Source: Patescibacteria group bacterium (GTDB lineage Bacteria > Patescibacteriota > Minisyncoccia > UBA6257 > 1-14-0-10-40-38). From it: a DNA stretch of 64,000 nucleotides. This document shows, piece after piece, positions 1-9,294 of this stretch; positions within the stretch are counted from its first letter, which is position 1, and each line of letters begins with the position of its first letter. A program made the position numbers and the translations under genes. The DNA is taken from positions 79,154 to 143,153 of the forward strand of contig JBBTRX010000006.1 in NCBI GenBank assembly GCA_038064975.1. Direction: 5' to 3'. The notes below the pieces were generated by a model. It was not told where the DNA came from. It was given only the letters and a program-made list of their open reading frames with translations, and made no database searches.

Positions 1-1352
1 ATAGTAGTGGCGTTATTTCCCGCGCGTACACGGATCTTGGAAAAAAAGTATATAAGGGCCAAGTACTCGCAGAATTAAATACTAAAGATCTATGGGCGGG
101 AGTGCGTTCCGCAGAGGCGAGCGTGAATATCCAAAAAGCTACCCTAGAAGGATTAAAAGCTGGCTCACGTCCGGAAGATATCGCTTCTTCCCAAGCCGCG
201 CTTGATAAGGCAAAACAGGATCTTGAAAATATGTATTCCGGTATTAGCGATACCTCGTTTGATAGCTATGCAAAAGCAAATGATTCCGTGCGCATCCAGC
301 TTGACCCATTCTTTTCCAATGCAGAAACGACGAACCCCCAGCTTACATATACGACAGCAGACTATCAGTCGGAGACGAAAGCTGAAAACTTGCGCTATCT
401 TGCAACCGTTGCGCTAAACGCCTGGCAGGAAAAGTTACTCAGCATCAGCACTACAAATACTGGCCTTGAAACGCTTGTACAAGAAGAGCTTACATATCTC
501 GCGACAGCTCGCGATCTCATAAATAGTGTTTCAAAAACTCTGGATCTCGCGCCAGGGCTTACTGCAACAACACTCGCAACGTACAAAGCCGCAGTGTCCA
601 CTGCACTAAGCCAAGTGAACACAGCGATAAAAAATTTAAATACCATTTCGCAAAATATCGCTTCGCAAAAATTAACCGTTTCGCAATTGCAGGCACAATT
701 AAATCTTAAGATCGCGGGCTCTCTCCCAACCGACATCGCAGCGCAAGAAGCACAAGTAGGGCAGGCACTCGCAAGTTTGGATAGCGCAATCGCAAAACTG
801 CAAAACGCCCAGATCGTAGCTCCTATTAGCGGCATCGTCACGCAATTTGATGCAAAAATTGGCCAGCAAGCCTCCCAAGGCACTATTCTTGTTTCTGTCA
901 TGGCAGAATCTGGCTACGAAGTGCACGCCGGTGTTTCTGAAACCGATGTAGGGAAAGTTACGGTCGGGGATAAAGTCGCAATGACATTGGATGCTTTCGC
1001 TGGCGAAACATTCAACGGCACTGTTTTCTATATCGCACCTGCGGAAACGAATACCCAGGGAGTCGTAAGCTACGCGATTAAAATCTCATTTGATAAAGGC
1101 GAACCTCGGCTTAAAAGCGGGCTCACGGCAAACATAACCATAGAAACGAATCGTAAGGATAATGTGCTCATCCTGCCCCAATACGCCATTCTCCAAAATG
1201 ACGAGGGGATATTCGTTCAAGTATTGGATAGAGAAACGGTTAAAGACGTTCCAGTCAAGCTCGGCATTCAGGATCAAAACGGCAATGTAGAAGTGGTCTC
1301 TGGTGTTAAGGAAGGGGATCAAGTGTTGAACATCGGCCTCAAATCGCAATGA
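1..1352 (+). CDS. HlyD-family periplasmic adaptor (MacA-like membrane fusion protein), 5' end truncated by the window
   Basis: The reading frame is open from nt 3 and continues upstream of the window (SSGVISRAYTDLGKKVYKGQVLAEL...). It has a coiled-coil region plus a C-terminal beta-barrel with HlyD-like motifs, and is directly followed by an ABC ATPase and an FtsX permease. Confidence 0.75.
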   Translation, partial: SSGVISRAYTDLGKKVYKGQVLAELNTKDLWAGVRSAEASVNIQKATLEGLKAGSRPEDIASSQAALDKAKQDLENMYSGISDTSFDSYAKANDSVRIQLDPFFSNAETTNPQLTYTTADYQSETKAENLRYLATVALNAWQEKLLSISTTNTGLETLVQEELTYLATARDLINSVSKTLDLAPGLTATTLATYKAAVSTALSQVNTAIKNLNTISQNIASQKLTVSQLQAQLNLKIAGSLPTDIAAQEAQVGQALASLDSAIAKLQNAQIVAPISGIVTQFDAKIGQQASQGTILVSVMAESGYEVHAGVSETDVGKVTVGDKVAMTLDAFAGETFNGTVFYIAPAETNTQGVVSYAIKISFDKGEPRLKSGLTANITIETNRKDNVLILPQYAILQNDEGIFVQVLDRETVKDVPVKLGIQDQNGNVEVVSGVKEGDQVLNIGLKSQ

Positions 1353-2062
1353 TCACTGTTGAGAGTCTAAAAAAGGAATATTTAGAAGAAGAAACTCCCA
1401 CCTTAGCTCTGCAGGGCGTAACCTTCACTATTAAGAAAGGCGAGTTCGTTTCTATCATGGGCCCTTCCGGCTCGGGCAAATCAACCCTGCTCCACATTTT
1501 AAGCTTTCTAGATCGGCCTACCTCGGGTTCATATAAATTCCAGGGCAAGAGTATGGACGACATGTCAGACGAGGAGCTCGCGCATGTTCGGAATAAAGAC
1601 ATGGGCTTTGTATTCCAGTCGTTCAATCTGCTTTCGCGCCTTAGCGTATACGACAATGTAGAAATTCCTCTCCTCTATGCGAACGGCATTCCGCCCGGAA
1701 AACGGAAAGCGTTAGTAGAAGAAGCCGTTATCTCCGTGGGCCTGGAAGACAAGCTATATATAGAAGCGGGCAAGCTCTCCGGTGGGCAAAAACAGCGCGT
1801 AGCTATAGCACGCGCACTTGTGGCAGACCCGAATGTTATTTTTGCGGACGAGCCAACCGGCAACCTGGATTCCAAATCCGGCTTACAAGTCATGGAAATA
1901 TTGGAATCATTGCACGACAAGGGTCGCACCATAATACTCGTCACACACGAAACACAAACAGCGGAATTCGCAAATCGCATTATTAAAATAAAAGACGGCA
2001 TGGTAGAGAGTGACGAGCTGATTGCCTCAAATCGCAAGCGTAGGAACGGCGACTTAAAATAA
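1349..2062 (+). CDS. ABC transporter ATP-binding protein (MacB/LolD type)
   Basis: Walker [13 protein letters not shown] signature [15 protein letters not shown], Walker [16 protein letters not shown] start/stop overlap with the upstream adaptor gene. Confidence 0.88.
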   Translation: MITVESLKKEYLEEETPTLALQGVTFTIKKGEFVSIMGPSGSGKSTLLHILSFLDRPTSGSYKFQGKSMDDMSDEELAHVRNKDMGFVFQSFNLLSRLSVYDNVEIPLLYANGIPPGKRKALVEEAVISVGLEDKLYIEAGKLSGGQKQRVAIARALVADPNVIFADEPTGNLDSKSGLQVMEILESLHDKGRTIILVTHETQTAEFANRIIKIKDGMVESDELIASNRKRRNGDLK

Positions 2063-2065
2063 TTC

Positions 2066-3316
2066 ATGCTCTTGAGAGACGCATTCAAAACTGCTACACG
2101 AAGTTTAACGCACGGCAAGATGCGCTCTATTTTAACGATGTTGGGGATCGTAATCGGCATTTCGTCCGTGATCGTCCTTATGTCCATCGGGCAGTCGGCG
2201 CAGGATCTTATTCTGGGCGAAGTGGAAAGTATCGGCTCCAACCTTATTATCGTGACCCCGGGTGCGCCAAGCGGGGACGCCTTTGCTCCGCCTCCTTCCG
2301 CGCAGGGGATAGTCATCACAACACTCTTAGAAAGGGATATTAAGGCCTTAGAGCGCGAGCCTTCCATTAAAGGCGCGGCTCCTATGGTAAGCGGCCAAGC
2401 AGAAGTTGTGTATGGAAATAATAATAAAACCGTAAGCTACCAGGGCTCTACGGCAGAATTATTTGTCATACAGAATCTTGAACTCAAGAGCGGATTTGCG
2501 TTTACTAAGTCAGACGTAAATTCTGGCAATCACGTGGCGGTAATCGGGCCTGACCTTGCAGAGACCTTATTCGGCAAGTACGTTAATCCGTTAAATAAAA
2601 CGATTCGGGTTAAAAATATTTCGTTTCGTGTCGTCGGAGTTTTGGAGGCGAGCGGTACAGGTGCTTTTGGCGTAAACCAAGGCGATATGGTGATCATTCC
2701 GATCACAGTCGCGCAAAAGGAACTTTTAGGCATCATCTATTTCAACAACATTCTTGTACAGGCGAATCCGGAATACGAAATTGATTTTGCAAAATCGCGC
2801 CTCACGTTCGCGCTTCGCCAATCACACGGCATCACGGATCCGAAAAAAGATGATTTTATTATTCAAACGCAGGCAGACATATTGTCTATCTTGGGGAGCA
2901 TCACTTCTATTCTCACGCTATTCTTGGCAGCGATCGCATCCATTTCGCTTATCGTGGGTGGCATCGGGATCATGAACATCATGTTAGTCGCGGTCACCGA
3001 GCGCACGCGCGAAATTGGTCTCCGTAAAGCCGTGGGCGCAACAGACGGGGATATTTTAAAACAGTTTTTAATTGAGTCGGTCTTGCTCACGTTTATCGGT
3101 GGTGCGATAGGTATAGCGGTGGGGGCGGGCATCGTGGGGTTAATTTACTTTGTACTTACCACGTTCTTTGCATCCCTAGGGTGGGTATTCGCGTTTCCAA
3201 TATCAGCGGTGGTCCTAGGCTTTGCAGTGTCGGGTATAGCAGGGTTAGTGTTTGGTATCTACCCGGCTCGCCAAGCAGGGAAGAAGAATCCGATAGATGC
3301 GCTGAGGTATGAATAA
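2066..3316 (+). CDS. ABC transporter permease, FtsX/MacB family
   Basis: N-terminal TM helix, large periplasmic domain, and a C-terminal four-TM FtsX domain ([30 protein letters not shown]). Confidence 0.85.
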   Translation: MLLRDAFKTATRSLTHGKMRSILTMLGIVIGISSVIVLMSIGQSAQDLILGEVESIGSNLIIVTPGAPSGDAFAPPPSAQGIVITTLLERDIKALEREPSIKGAAPMVSGQAEVVYGNNNKTVSYQGSTAELFVIQNLELKSGFAFTKSDVNSGNHVAVIGPDLAETLFGKYVNPLNKTIRVKNISFRVVGVLEASGTGAFGVNQGDMVIIPITVAQKELLGIIYFNNILVQANPEYEIDFAKSRLTFALRQSHGITDPKKDDFIIQTQADILSILGSITSILTLFLAAIASISLIVGGIGIMNIMLVAVTERTREIGLRKAVGATDGDILKQFLIESVLLTFIGGAIGIAVGAGIVGLIYFVLTTFFASLGWVFAFPISAVVLGFAVSGIAGLVFGIYPARQAGKKNPIDALRYE

Positions 3317-3497
3317 CTCTTGGAATTTCCCGCTGGAAATTCCACTGCGGAGGGAAAAAGCTTCTCCAAAAAGCCGCAAAATCCCCAGGGCTGGTGAGTG
3401 GGAATTAGGTCTTTGCGTCGTAGATAGAGGATGTGATTTTGACGCCCCCGCCTTGCAAGCAGGACTGTTTTTATTTGTAAAAATATACGGTACAATA

Positions 3498-3698
3498 ATG
3501 AATATGATAATAAAGAGAATTTGTTTGTGGGTAGTTGTTACATCAATTATTCTTTTTGCGGTGATCGCGCTTCTTGCGATCTGGGATGTGATCAAAGACA
3601 ATAGTTTCGTCTGGAAATCACTCACTTCACTTGCCGTGGTCTGCTTCAGCGGCCTCGTGGGCGTTGTGCTAAGCGATAGGATAAAACCGATACAATAA
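3498..3698 (+). CDS. small membrane protein (66 aa, two predicted TM helices)
   Basis: MNMIIKRICLWVVVTSIILFAVIALLAIWDV... The ORF extends upstream to 3309, but the hydrophobic core starts at this ATG. A terminator follows immediately. Confidence 0.3.
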   Translation: MNMIIKRICLWVVVTSIILFAVIALLAIWDVIKDNSFVWKSLTSLAVVCFSGLVGVVLSDRIKPIQ

Positions 3699-3700
3699 TA

Positions 3701-3730
3701 AAAACCGAGCCTACTAGGGCTCGATTTTTA
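3701..3730. terminator. bidirectional intrinsic terminator between convergent genes
   Basis: Stem cgagcc/ggctcg with loop tactag. It is flanked by AAAA on the 5' side and TTTTT on the 3' side. Confidence 0.6.
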
Positions 3731-3740
3731 TTTGTAAATT

Positions 3741-4667
3741 TTATTGAGAAGTTTTCTCAATGATCATAGCAGTGTTTTTCAGACAAGTTTCTTTCTTCCT
3801 TTCTTGTTCTATAAATTCACAAACCGAAATGTCTGGCAATAAAGCAGCAACCGAATCAAAACAGCCGTCTTTATCGGTAAGATTAGTAAGATTATTACAA
3901 AGAGATGGATCGTGTTCTTGTACTGCTAAGTTAATATAACAAGCGCGTATAGTATATTTCCCCACATTAAGACAAATGTCAGAGTTTTTAGTCTGCAGAG
4001 CCGCATTGTTATAACAAATACCTTGCCAAATTTCACCTTTTAATAATTTACACGCTTCAGAGTCGCCAGTATTTCTTACCACTTCAGAAACGCATTCGGG
4101 AAATGTAGCGCTACTAGAAGGGTCATGAATTTTAAAACACAAAGAAATGTCATTTTGCGCAATCGCTTTTTGTTGTAAAAGCTTACTTTCTTCAGATGTC
4201 TGATATGAAGTAATTGAAAAAATAATAAAAACAAATAAAATAACGGACAGAAAATAATTAAATATCTCAATATTAGGGCGACGTTCCTTTTGTCTGTGTA
4301 GTATGGAAACGATAATTATTGAAACAATTGCGACCAACAAAGCAGGGGTGGCAAACCATAACAACTCACGGAACGAAACAAGATCTGCTTCCGGCAAAGC
4401 AATTTTATTGTAAACAAGCGGAGAGATAAAAACCCATACCATAGGAGCAATCCAGAGCAGTATTTTAGTCCTATGATAAAGAAGAAGAGATGCTAAAAAT
4501 AAAAGAAAAAGAATTCCAAAATGAGCTATTCCATACGAATTAAGGGTTGCGAAAAATCTGCCCTGATAACGGTAATTCAGAATAAGTCTTGGCAGAAGAG
4601 TAATAAGGGATGAGCCAATAATAGCAAGAGCAATATTATGTAGTATTTTTCTTAATGTTGCGTTCAT
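3741..4667 (-). CDS. integral membrane protein with a C-terminal Cys-rich extracytoplasmic domain (hypothetical)
   Basis: Five or six predicted TM helices in the N-terminal 170 aa, followed by a domain with more than 12 Cys. The DNA is AT-rich (island). Confidence 0.5.
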   Translation of the reverse strand: MNATLRKILHNIALAIIGSSLITLLPRLILNYRYQGRFFATLNSYGIAHFGILFLLFLASLLLYHRTKILLWIAPMVWVFISPLVYNKIALPEADLVSFRELLWFATPALLVAIVSIIIVSILHRQKERRPNIEIFNYFLSVILFVFIIFSITSYQTSEESKLLQQKAIAQNDISLCFKIHDPSSSATFPECVSEVVRNTGDSEACKLLKGEIWQGICYNNAALQTKNSDICLNVGKYTIRACYINLAVQEHDPSLCNNLTNLTDKDGCFDSVAALLPDISVCEFIEQERKKETCLKNTAMIIEKTSQ

Positions 4668-4727
4668 ATATAAATTCTATCAGATATTTTCTAGGTTTGC
4701 AGAATTGGGCAAAAAGGGGCAGAATAA

Positions 4728-4847
4728 TTTGAAGTTACTATTCCTATAGAAATAGTTCGCGAACTCAAATGGAAAGAGAGGCAGCGCGTAGTCGTAACCA
4801 AGAAGGAAAAATCTTTGATTATTAAGGACTATACTCCGAAGAAGTAA
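4728..4847 (+). pseudogene. AbrB/MazE (SpoVT-AbrB swapped-hairpin) antitoxin-like remnant without a canonical start codon
   Basis: Frame 3 translates FEVTIPIEIVRELKWKERQRVVVTKKEKSLIIKDYTPKK*, which contains the IPxEIR and KxGDxV-like core of AbrB/MazE domains. No ATG, GTG or TTG start lies after the preceding TAA, and no toxin partner follows. Confidence 0.25.
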
Positions 4848-4912
4848 GAGGGTGTAAAGAGATTTCTTACAGGGATATTTGAGGCAAAGGTTTTTCTGCT
4901 ATTGATATATCT

Positions 4913-5530
4913 ATGAATATTTTTCAAAAAGGAAATTTTGAACCATTGTCTAATGAATTTAAACGATTAGGATTTTTAGCTTTGCAACAACTATCAAAAT
5001 TTCAAAAAAAATTTAATATTAGTGACACAGACACAACAATTAATTCTATTAGAGATACTATTGTTTCTAGTTATTTAGGCTTTGATCTTATTAATAAGAA
5101 CAAGCATGGTTTCGATGCAAAAAATAGTAGAACCGGAGAGTTTCTTGAAGTTAAGCAGTGTAGTTCGTCTGCAAAAAGATGGGGTGGCACATGGAATGAT
5201 ACGAATTTTGAAAAAGCAAAAGCTTTTTCAAATGCAAAATTATTTACAGCAGTTGCTGTCTGGAGTGGCGCCAGTGATCTTCAATTTATTGTTTTTGGTC
5301 AGAATAAAAAGTTAGGTTTATATTTACTGGATAGAGTAAAAAATAGAAAAAGCGGAAGTCGTTCAACACAAACTATTAGTATAGAAAAACTTATAGAGTG
5401 GGGGTTTATCGTTATTGTGCCTCCCGACAAAAAAGTAAACGCAGTATTGAAACAATTAGCTGTATATAAAAAGGGAGTATCTAAATATCTTAATTCTAAA
5501 AACATTAAGAAAGTAAATAATTTTAGATAA
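4913..5530 (+). CDS. putative type II restriction endonuclease (PD-(D/E)XK fold) of an R-M module
   Basis: HGFDAKNSRTGEFLEVKQ gives D-x10-E-V-K, a canonical PD-(D/E)XK catalytic spacing. AT-rich, basic, and convergent to a DNA methyltransferase gene. No other family signal was recognised. Confidence 0.4.
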   Translation: MNIFQKGNFEPLSNEFKRLGFLALQQLSKFQKKFNISDTDTTINSIRDTIVSSYLGFDLINKNKHGFDAKNSRTGEFLEVKQCSSSAKRWGGTWNDTNFEKAKAFSNAKLFTAVAVWSGASDLQFIVFGQNKKLGLYLLDRVKNRKSGSRSTQTISIEKLIEWGFIVIVPPDKKVNAVLKQLAVYKKGVSKYLNSKNIKKVNNFR

Positions 5531-5532
5531 AT

Positions 5533-6228
5533 ATGTTAATAGATAAATTTAATAAATTTCTAAAATCGATTGATCTTGAGGCTTATAGAAATCAATATAG
5601 GCCCGTTAAGATTGTAGAAATGGATTTATCCAAAGAGATACAAGCAATTGAAATGCTTTATGAAGTTTATTGGCATCAAAAAAGATTTTTGACGTTTGAA
5701 GAATTTTATGAAGAATATTTAAAAAGTAAGGGAAAAGAGATTGAAGTTTTTAGAAAAAAGACTACGATGTGCAAAGATTGTTTCTATAGAGGATTGCCTG
5801 CAAGAATTTATAGAACATGGGCTAGTATTATTACTCAAATACATGCAGGATATGTCGCTGAGTCTGTTTTTGGAACAGGGACAGTCTCTATGTCTATAGA
5901 ACTTGATCATAAAGGAGCGGATTTTCAGGTTGAATATATAAAGAGAATTTTAAATTATCAAGTAAAAAAGAAATCTCTTGGCAGAGAAGTTAGACAAGAA
6001 AAACCAAAATCAAAGAACCCGTTAAAAGGGGAATTTGTAGATATTAAATACGAAGTTCCTAGTAGTGATTATTTTGAAAATCCGAAAAAGAAGAATGGGG
6101 ATTATAAATTGCCATATGAAAGATTTAAAAACAATAAAGAATTAGAAAGATTTTCAAACGGCTTTGTTGTTTTTACTCCCTATGTTTTTCAGAAAAAGAA
6201 AAAGGAAATAGATGATACTTTAAAATAA
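5533..6228 (+). CDS. hypothetical protein, probable second component of the R-M-like module (nuclease or specificity subunit)
   Basis: Begins 3 nt after the preceding stop (operon). Contains ELDHKGADFQVEYIK acidic/Lys motifs. AT-rich island composition. No confident family assignment. Confidence 0.4.
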   Translation: MLIDKFNKFLKSIDLEAYRNQYRPVKIVEMDLSKEIQAIEMLYEVYWHQKRFLTFEEFYEEYLKSKGKEIEVFRKKTTMCKDCFYRGLPARIYRTWASIITQIHAGYVAESVFGTGTVSMSIELDHKGADFQVEYIKRILNYQVKKKSLGREVRQEKPKSKNPLKGEFVDIKYEVPSSDYFENPKKKNGDYKLPYERFKNNKELERFSNGFVVFTPYVFQKKKKEIDDTLK

Positions 6229-6229
6229 T

Positions 6230-7744
6230 TCAAGAAATATTTACACTAGATACTATCTTTTCGGCCATCCGTACGTAATCGGGATTAATCTCAAAACCGA
6301 TATACGATTGTCCTAATTCTTTTGCTGCGACACATTCTGAACCAGTTCCCACAAACGGGACGAGAACCACGCCGTCTTTATTCGGAATTGCTGACCTGAT
6401 AAGCCTTCTAGAAAGCTCAAGGGGTTTCTGTGTAGGATGTTTCATTATTTCATGTCCTTCGTGTTTCTGTAATTGTCGTGGCGCATGTACTTCGTCGCAG
6501 GTTTTGCATAAAAACCATCTTTCAATCATTCCTGCTCCACCAGCTAAAGCAGCGATTTTAATAACATCTCGGGGCAATGCTCCACCAGCATGAGCGTTGT
6601 AAATAGTCTCAGTCCCTCCTTTACTGAATCTTCCCACCGTTCCTTTTCTTACTTTTCCAGCAGCTCCATTTAAAAATCCTTCGGTATAGGGTTCCCTAAC
6701 GTCATCTCTATTAAAATTTGGCTTCTCTTTCCAAGCGCAAATAATTGATTCATGACTTCTCTGCCAAAAATTTAAAGAAGCAACATTTTTATTCGTATAA
6801 TGCCAAATTAACCAGCGTTTATTTATAGGGATTTCTACAGAGAGATGAGCTAAAATTTCACTAAATCCATATATAAACATTGTTCCCGCTGGTTTCATTA
6901 TCCTAATACTTTGATTGATCCATTCTTTGCACCACGAAACATATTCACTTAATTCTCGTTTATCAATGTTATTTCCAAAATCTTTACCGATATTATATGG
7001 AGGATCAATTATAATAACGTCGCAACTTTCTGACGGCAAATCTGATAATCCTTTTATTACATCACTTAATAATATTTTATTGAGTGGGAGTTTTTGATAT
7101 TTTTTCTCTTCCCTTTTGATTTTCGGCAAAACCGAAACATTTTGAGGATTTTCTTTAATCACATCAAGTACGATTCCTTGTATAGAAACATCACGATCAT
7201 CTCGTAATATGATCGGCTCCATGTTTTTATTTGCCGGCTGTAATCGTATATGATTTTTTTCTTTATAGAATTTTTTTAACGTTGCTTCTTGATTATCTAT
7301 TAATGCAACAACTTTTTCTCCATTGTTTGCCGTTGATTGATGTTTGACAAGAATGATGTCCCCATCATTTATATTTTCTTCAACCATACTATTGCCAATC
7401 ACGCGAAGCGCATAAACATCTCCAGAAAGGGGGATTCTGTTTTGCGGTACAGCAATCGTTTCTTTTTCTACGTCAAAAAGAGTAAGGGGTTGTCCTGCGG
7501 CAATGGCGCCCAAGAGGGGAACTTTCACTAATTTTTCTGATCTGGATATCGTTATACTGCGCGGCTTATTGATTTGTTTATTTAATAAACCCATTTCTTC
7601 TAATGCGCTTACGTGCTGGTGTACGGTAGAGACTGCTCGCAATTTGAAATGATGCTTAATTTCTTGGAGTGAAGGAGCGTACCCCTTTTTAGCGGTGGAA
7701 GCGATAACAAAGTCGTAGATTTGTTTTTGTTTCCTTGTGAGCAT
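6230..7744 (-). CDS. LexA repressor fused to a beta-class N4-cytosine/N6-adenine DNA methyltransferase
   Basis: The N-terminal 200 aa align along their whole length with LexA: LTRKQKQIYDFV winged HTH, the Ala-Gly cleavage site in PLLGAIAAGQP, catalytic Ser in GNSM and Lys in ATLKKF. The C-terminal 300 aa carry IIIDPPYNIG (motif IV DPPY), HPTQKPLEL and VLVPFVGTGSE (motif I); this order is typical of pfam01555-type MTases. Confidence 0.8.
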   Translation of the reverse strand: MLTRKQKQIYDFVIASTAKKGYAPSLQEIKHHFKLRAVSTVHQHVSALEEMGLLNKQINKPRSITISRSEKLVKVPLLGAIAAGQPLTLFDVEKETIAVPQNRIPLSGDVYALRVIGNSMVEENINDGDIILVKHQSTANNGEKVVALIDNQEATLKKFYKEKNHIRLQPANKNMEPIILRDDRDVSIQGIVLDVIKENPQNVSVLPKIKREEKKYQKLPLNKILLSDVIKGLSDLPSESCDVIIIDPPYNIGKDFGNNIDKRELSEYVSWCKEWINQSIRIMKPAGTMFIYGFSEILAHLSVEIPINKRWLIWHYTNKNVASLNFWQRSHESIICAWKEKPNFNRDDVREPYTEGFLNGAAGKVRKGTVGRFSKGGTETIYNAHAGGALPRDVIKIAALAGGAGMIERWFLCKTCDEVHAPRQLQKHEGHEIMKHPTQKPLELSRRLIRSAIPNKDGVVLVPFVGTGSECVAAKELGQSYIGFEINPDYVRMAEKIVSSVNIS

Positions 7745-7875
7745 ATACTAATTTTAACAATAAAATACCGAAAGAAAACCGAAACTTATCCCCAGATTGC
7801 TTTGTGCATTTTTAGAGAGTAAAATACTAATGTAAATTTAAGGTCCGACTTAGAAAAAGCACTTCGTTTCTTCCA

Positions 7876-7902
7876 AGCCGGGCTCCCGCCCGGTTTTGTT
7901 TA
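7876..7902 (+). terminator. orphan intrinsic terminator-like hairpin 18 nt upstream of the next start codon
   Basis: ccgggc-tccc-gcccgg followed by ttttgttt. No plus-strand gene lies upstream. Confidence 0.4.
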
Positions 7903-7919
7903 GAAAAAATTAACAGTAT

Positions 7920-8855
7920 ATGATCAATGCAATAGAACTTTACGGAACCCTAATTCTTACTTTACTTGGCTTTATTGTTCCCATTCTAACGATTCTACTT
8001 TCTTTATTTCCACAAGGTACAAAATCATTAGCACTTAAATATGAAAATGAAAGAAAGCAAAGTGAAGAAAATATTTCAAATGAAATTAAAAAGAAAGAAA
8101 CAGAAAAAGGACTAGATTACGATTCTCTTAAGGAGACGCTGAAAGGTTTAGAAAAAAAGAGGTCAGAAGCTAAATCAAAGCTTGAGTATTTACATCCAGG
8201 CAGCTTTCTTTTCAAAACAACGATCCCATTCATTGTTGCATTCATGGGCGTATTACTCATATTACTTGACATACCAATTTTTGAAACGATTATAGTATTA
8301 ATCTCTAGCATTTTTGCTTTCGTAGCCGGAGTTATGACTTTATTTACTAGCATATCTGTTCTATTTGAAGTAGGAGAAATCACTAACCAAGCAAAAAATT
8401 CTAACGAAGAAAAAATAATTGAACTCTTATCAATTTTAGTTGAAAACAGTGGAACAGATAACCTTTATTTAAAAGAAGACGAAATCAAAGTGAAATTCGG
8501 TGATAAAAATCTAAAAGAAAACGAGAAGTTTGATTTTTCAGTTAACACTCAACATAAAATATCCATTAGGGTCCATAACAGCGCAGACAAGATGGCAAAA
8601 AATATTGAAGTAGGCTTTGTCTTTCCTAAAGATGTTTTAATAGAGAAAACATCTAATCTATCTTCAATATTTACAGATGAATCAATTCAAATTGTAAGAT
8701 TCAAGAATGAAATAATTCAGGCACATGAAAGTAATGATAAAGGTGCTCTACGAATTACTTTTTTGAAACCCGGAGAGGTGTCAATAGATCTATTTATAAA
8801 AGGAGAAAACGTAAAATACAAAAGATTTTCTTTCAAACTTAATATAATAAACTAA
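7920..8855 (+). CDS. membrane protein with charged coiled-coil segment (hypothetical)
   Basis: Two TM pairs flank a KE-rich segment; the C-terminal domain is soluble. AT-rich island composition. Confidence 0.5.
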   Translation: MINAIELYGTLILTLLGFIVPILTILLSLFPQGTKSLALKYENERKQSEENISNEIKKKETEKGLDYDSLKETLKGLEKKRSEAKSKLEYLHPGSFLFKTTIPFIVAFMGVLLILLDIPIFETIIVLISSIFAFVAGVMTLFTSISVLFEVGEITNQAKNSNEEKIIELLSILVENSGTDNLYLKEDEIKVKFGDKNLKENEKFDFSVNTQHKISIRVHNSADKMAKNIEVGFVFPKDVLIEKTSNLSSIFTDESIQIVRFKNEIIQAHESNDKGALRITFLKPGEVSIDLFIKGENVKYKRFSFKLNIIN

Positions 8856-8880
8856 TATAGTTCTAGAAAAAATAATAAAA

Positions 8881-9294
8881 ATGGAAATAATAAAAGATAT
8901 TAAAGATCGCATTCAGTTCCTAGTAACCATTGAAATATTTTTTCTGACTTTGACTTACTCTTTCTTTAGATCTGTGGGAAGTGATGAGTTGGTGTCTAAC
9001 AAGAATGCTTTCGCATGGGGAATAGGTGTTGCTTTTTGTATAGTGAATTATCTTTTGATCGGAAATTTTACTGAATTTAAAAGTTCTTTTCTTAAGAAAA
9101 TTTGCTGGACTATATCTGCAAATATTTTCTTTTTTATTATACCGATTCTGATTTTCGCCTCCGCCATGAGCAATCCATTACCATCTTATTATAATTTACC
9201 ATTTTATCTTTCTCTCACGGGAACATTATGGATGCCCATTATAACGACTGCTTTTATGGTTATAGGAGGAACTTATTTTAAATTTAAAAAATAA
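8881..9294 (+). CDS. hypothetical integral membrane protein (4 TM)
   Basis: Hydrophobic 137-aa ORF. It is the last gene of the AT-rich island. Confidence 0.45.
   Translation: MEIIKDIKDRIQFLVTIEIFFLTLTYSFFRSVGSDELVSNKNAFAWGIGVAFCIVNYLLIGNFTEFKSSFLKKICWTISANIFFFIIPILIFASAMSNPLPSYYNLPFYLSLTGTLWMPIITTAFMVIGGTYFKFKK

Noticed and set aside
3309-3698. 129-aa ORF starting at 3309
   Set aside because: The 5' two-thirds are hydrophilic and overlap the stop region and hairpin of the permease gene. Only the 66-aa hydrophobic C-terminal part from ATG 3498 looks like a plausible protein.
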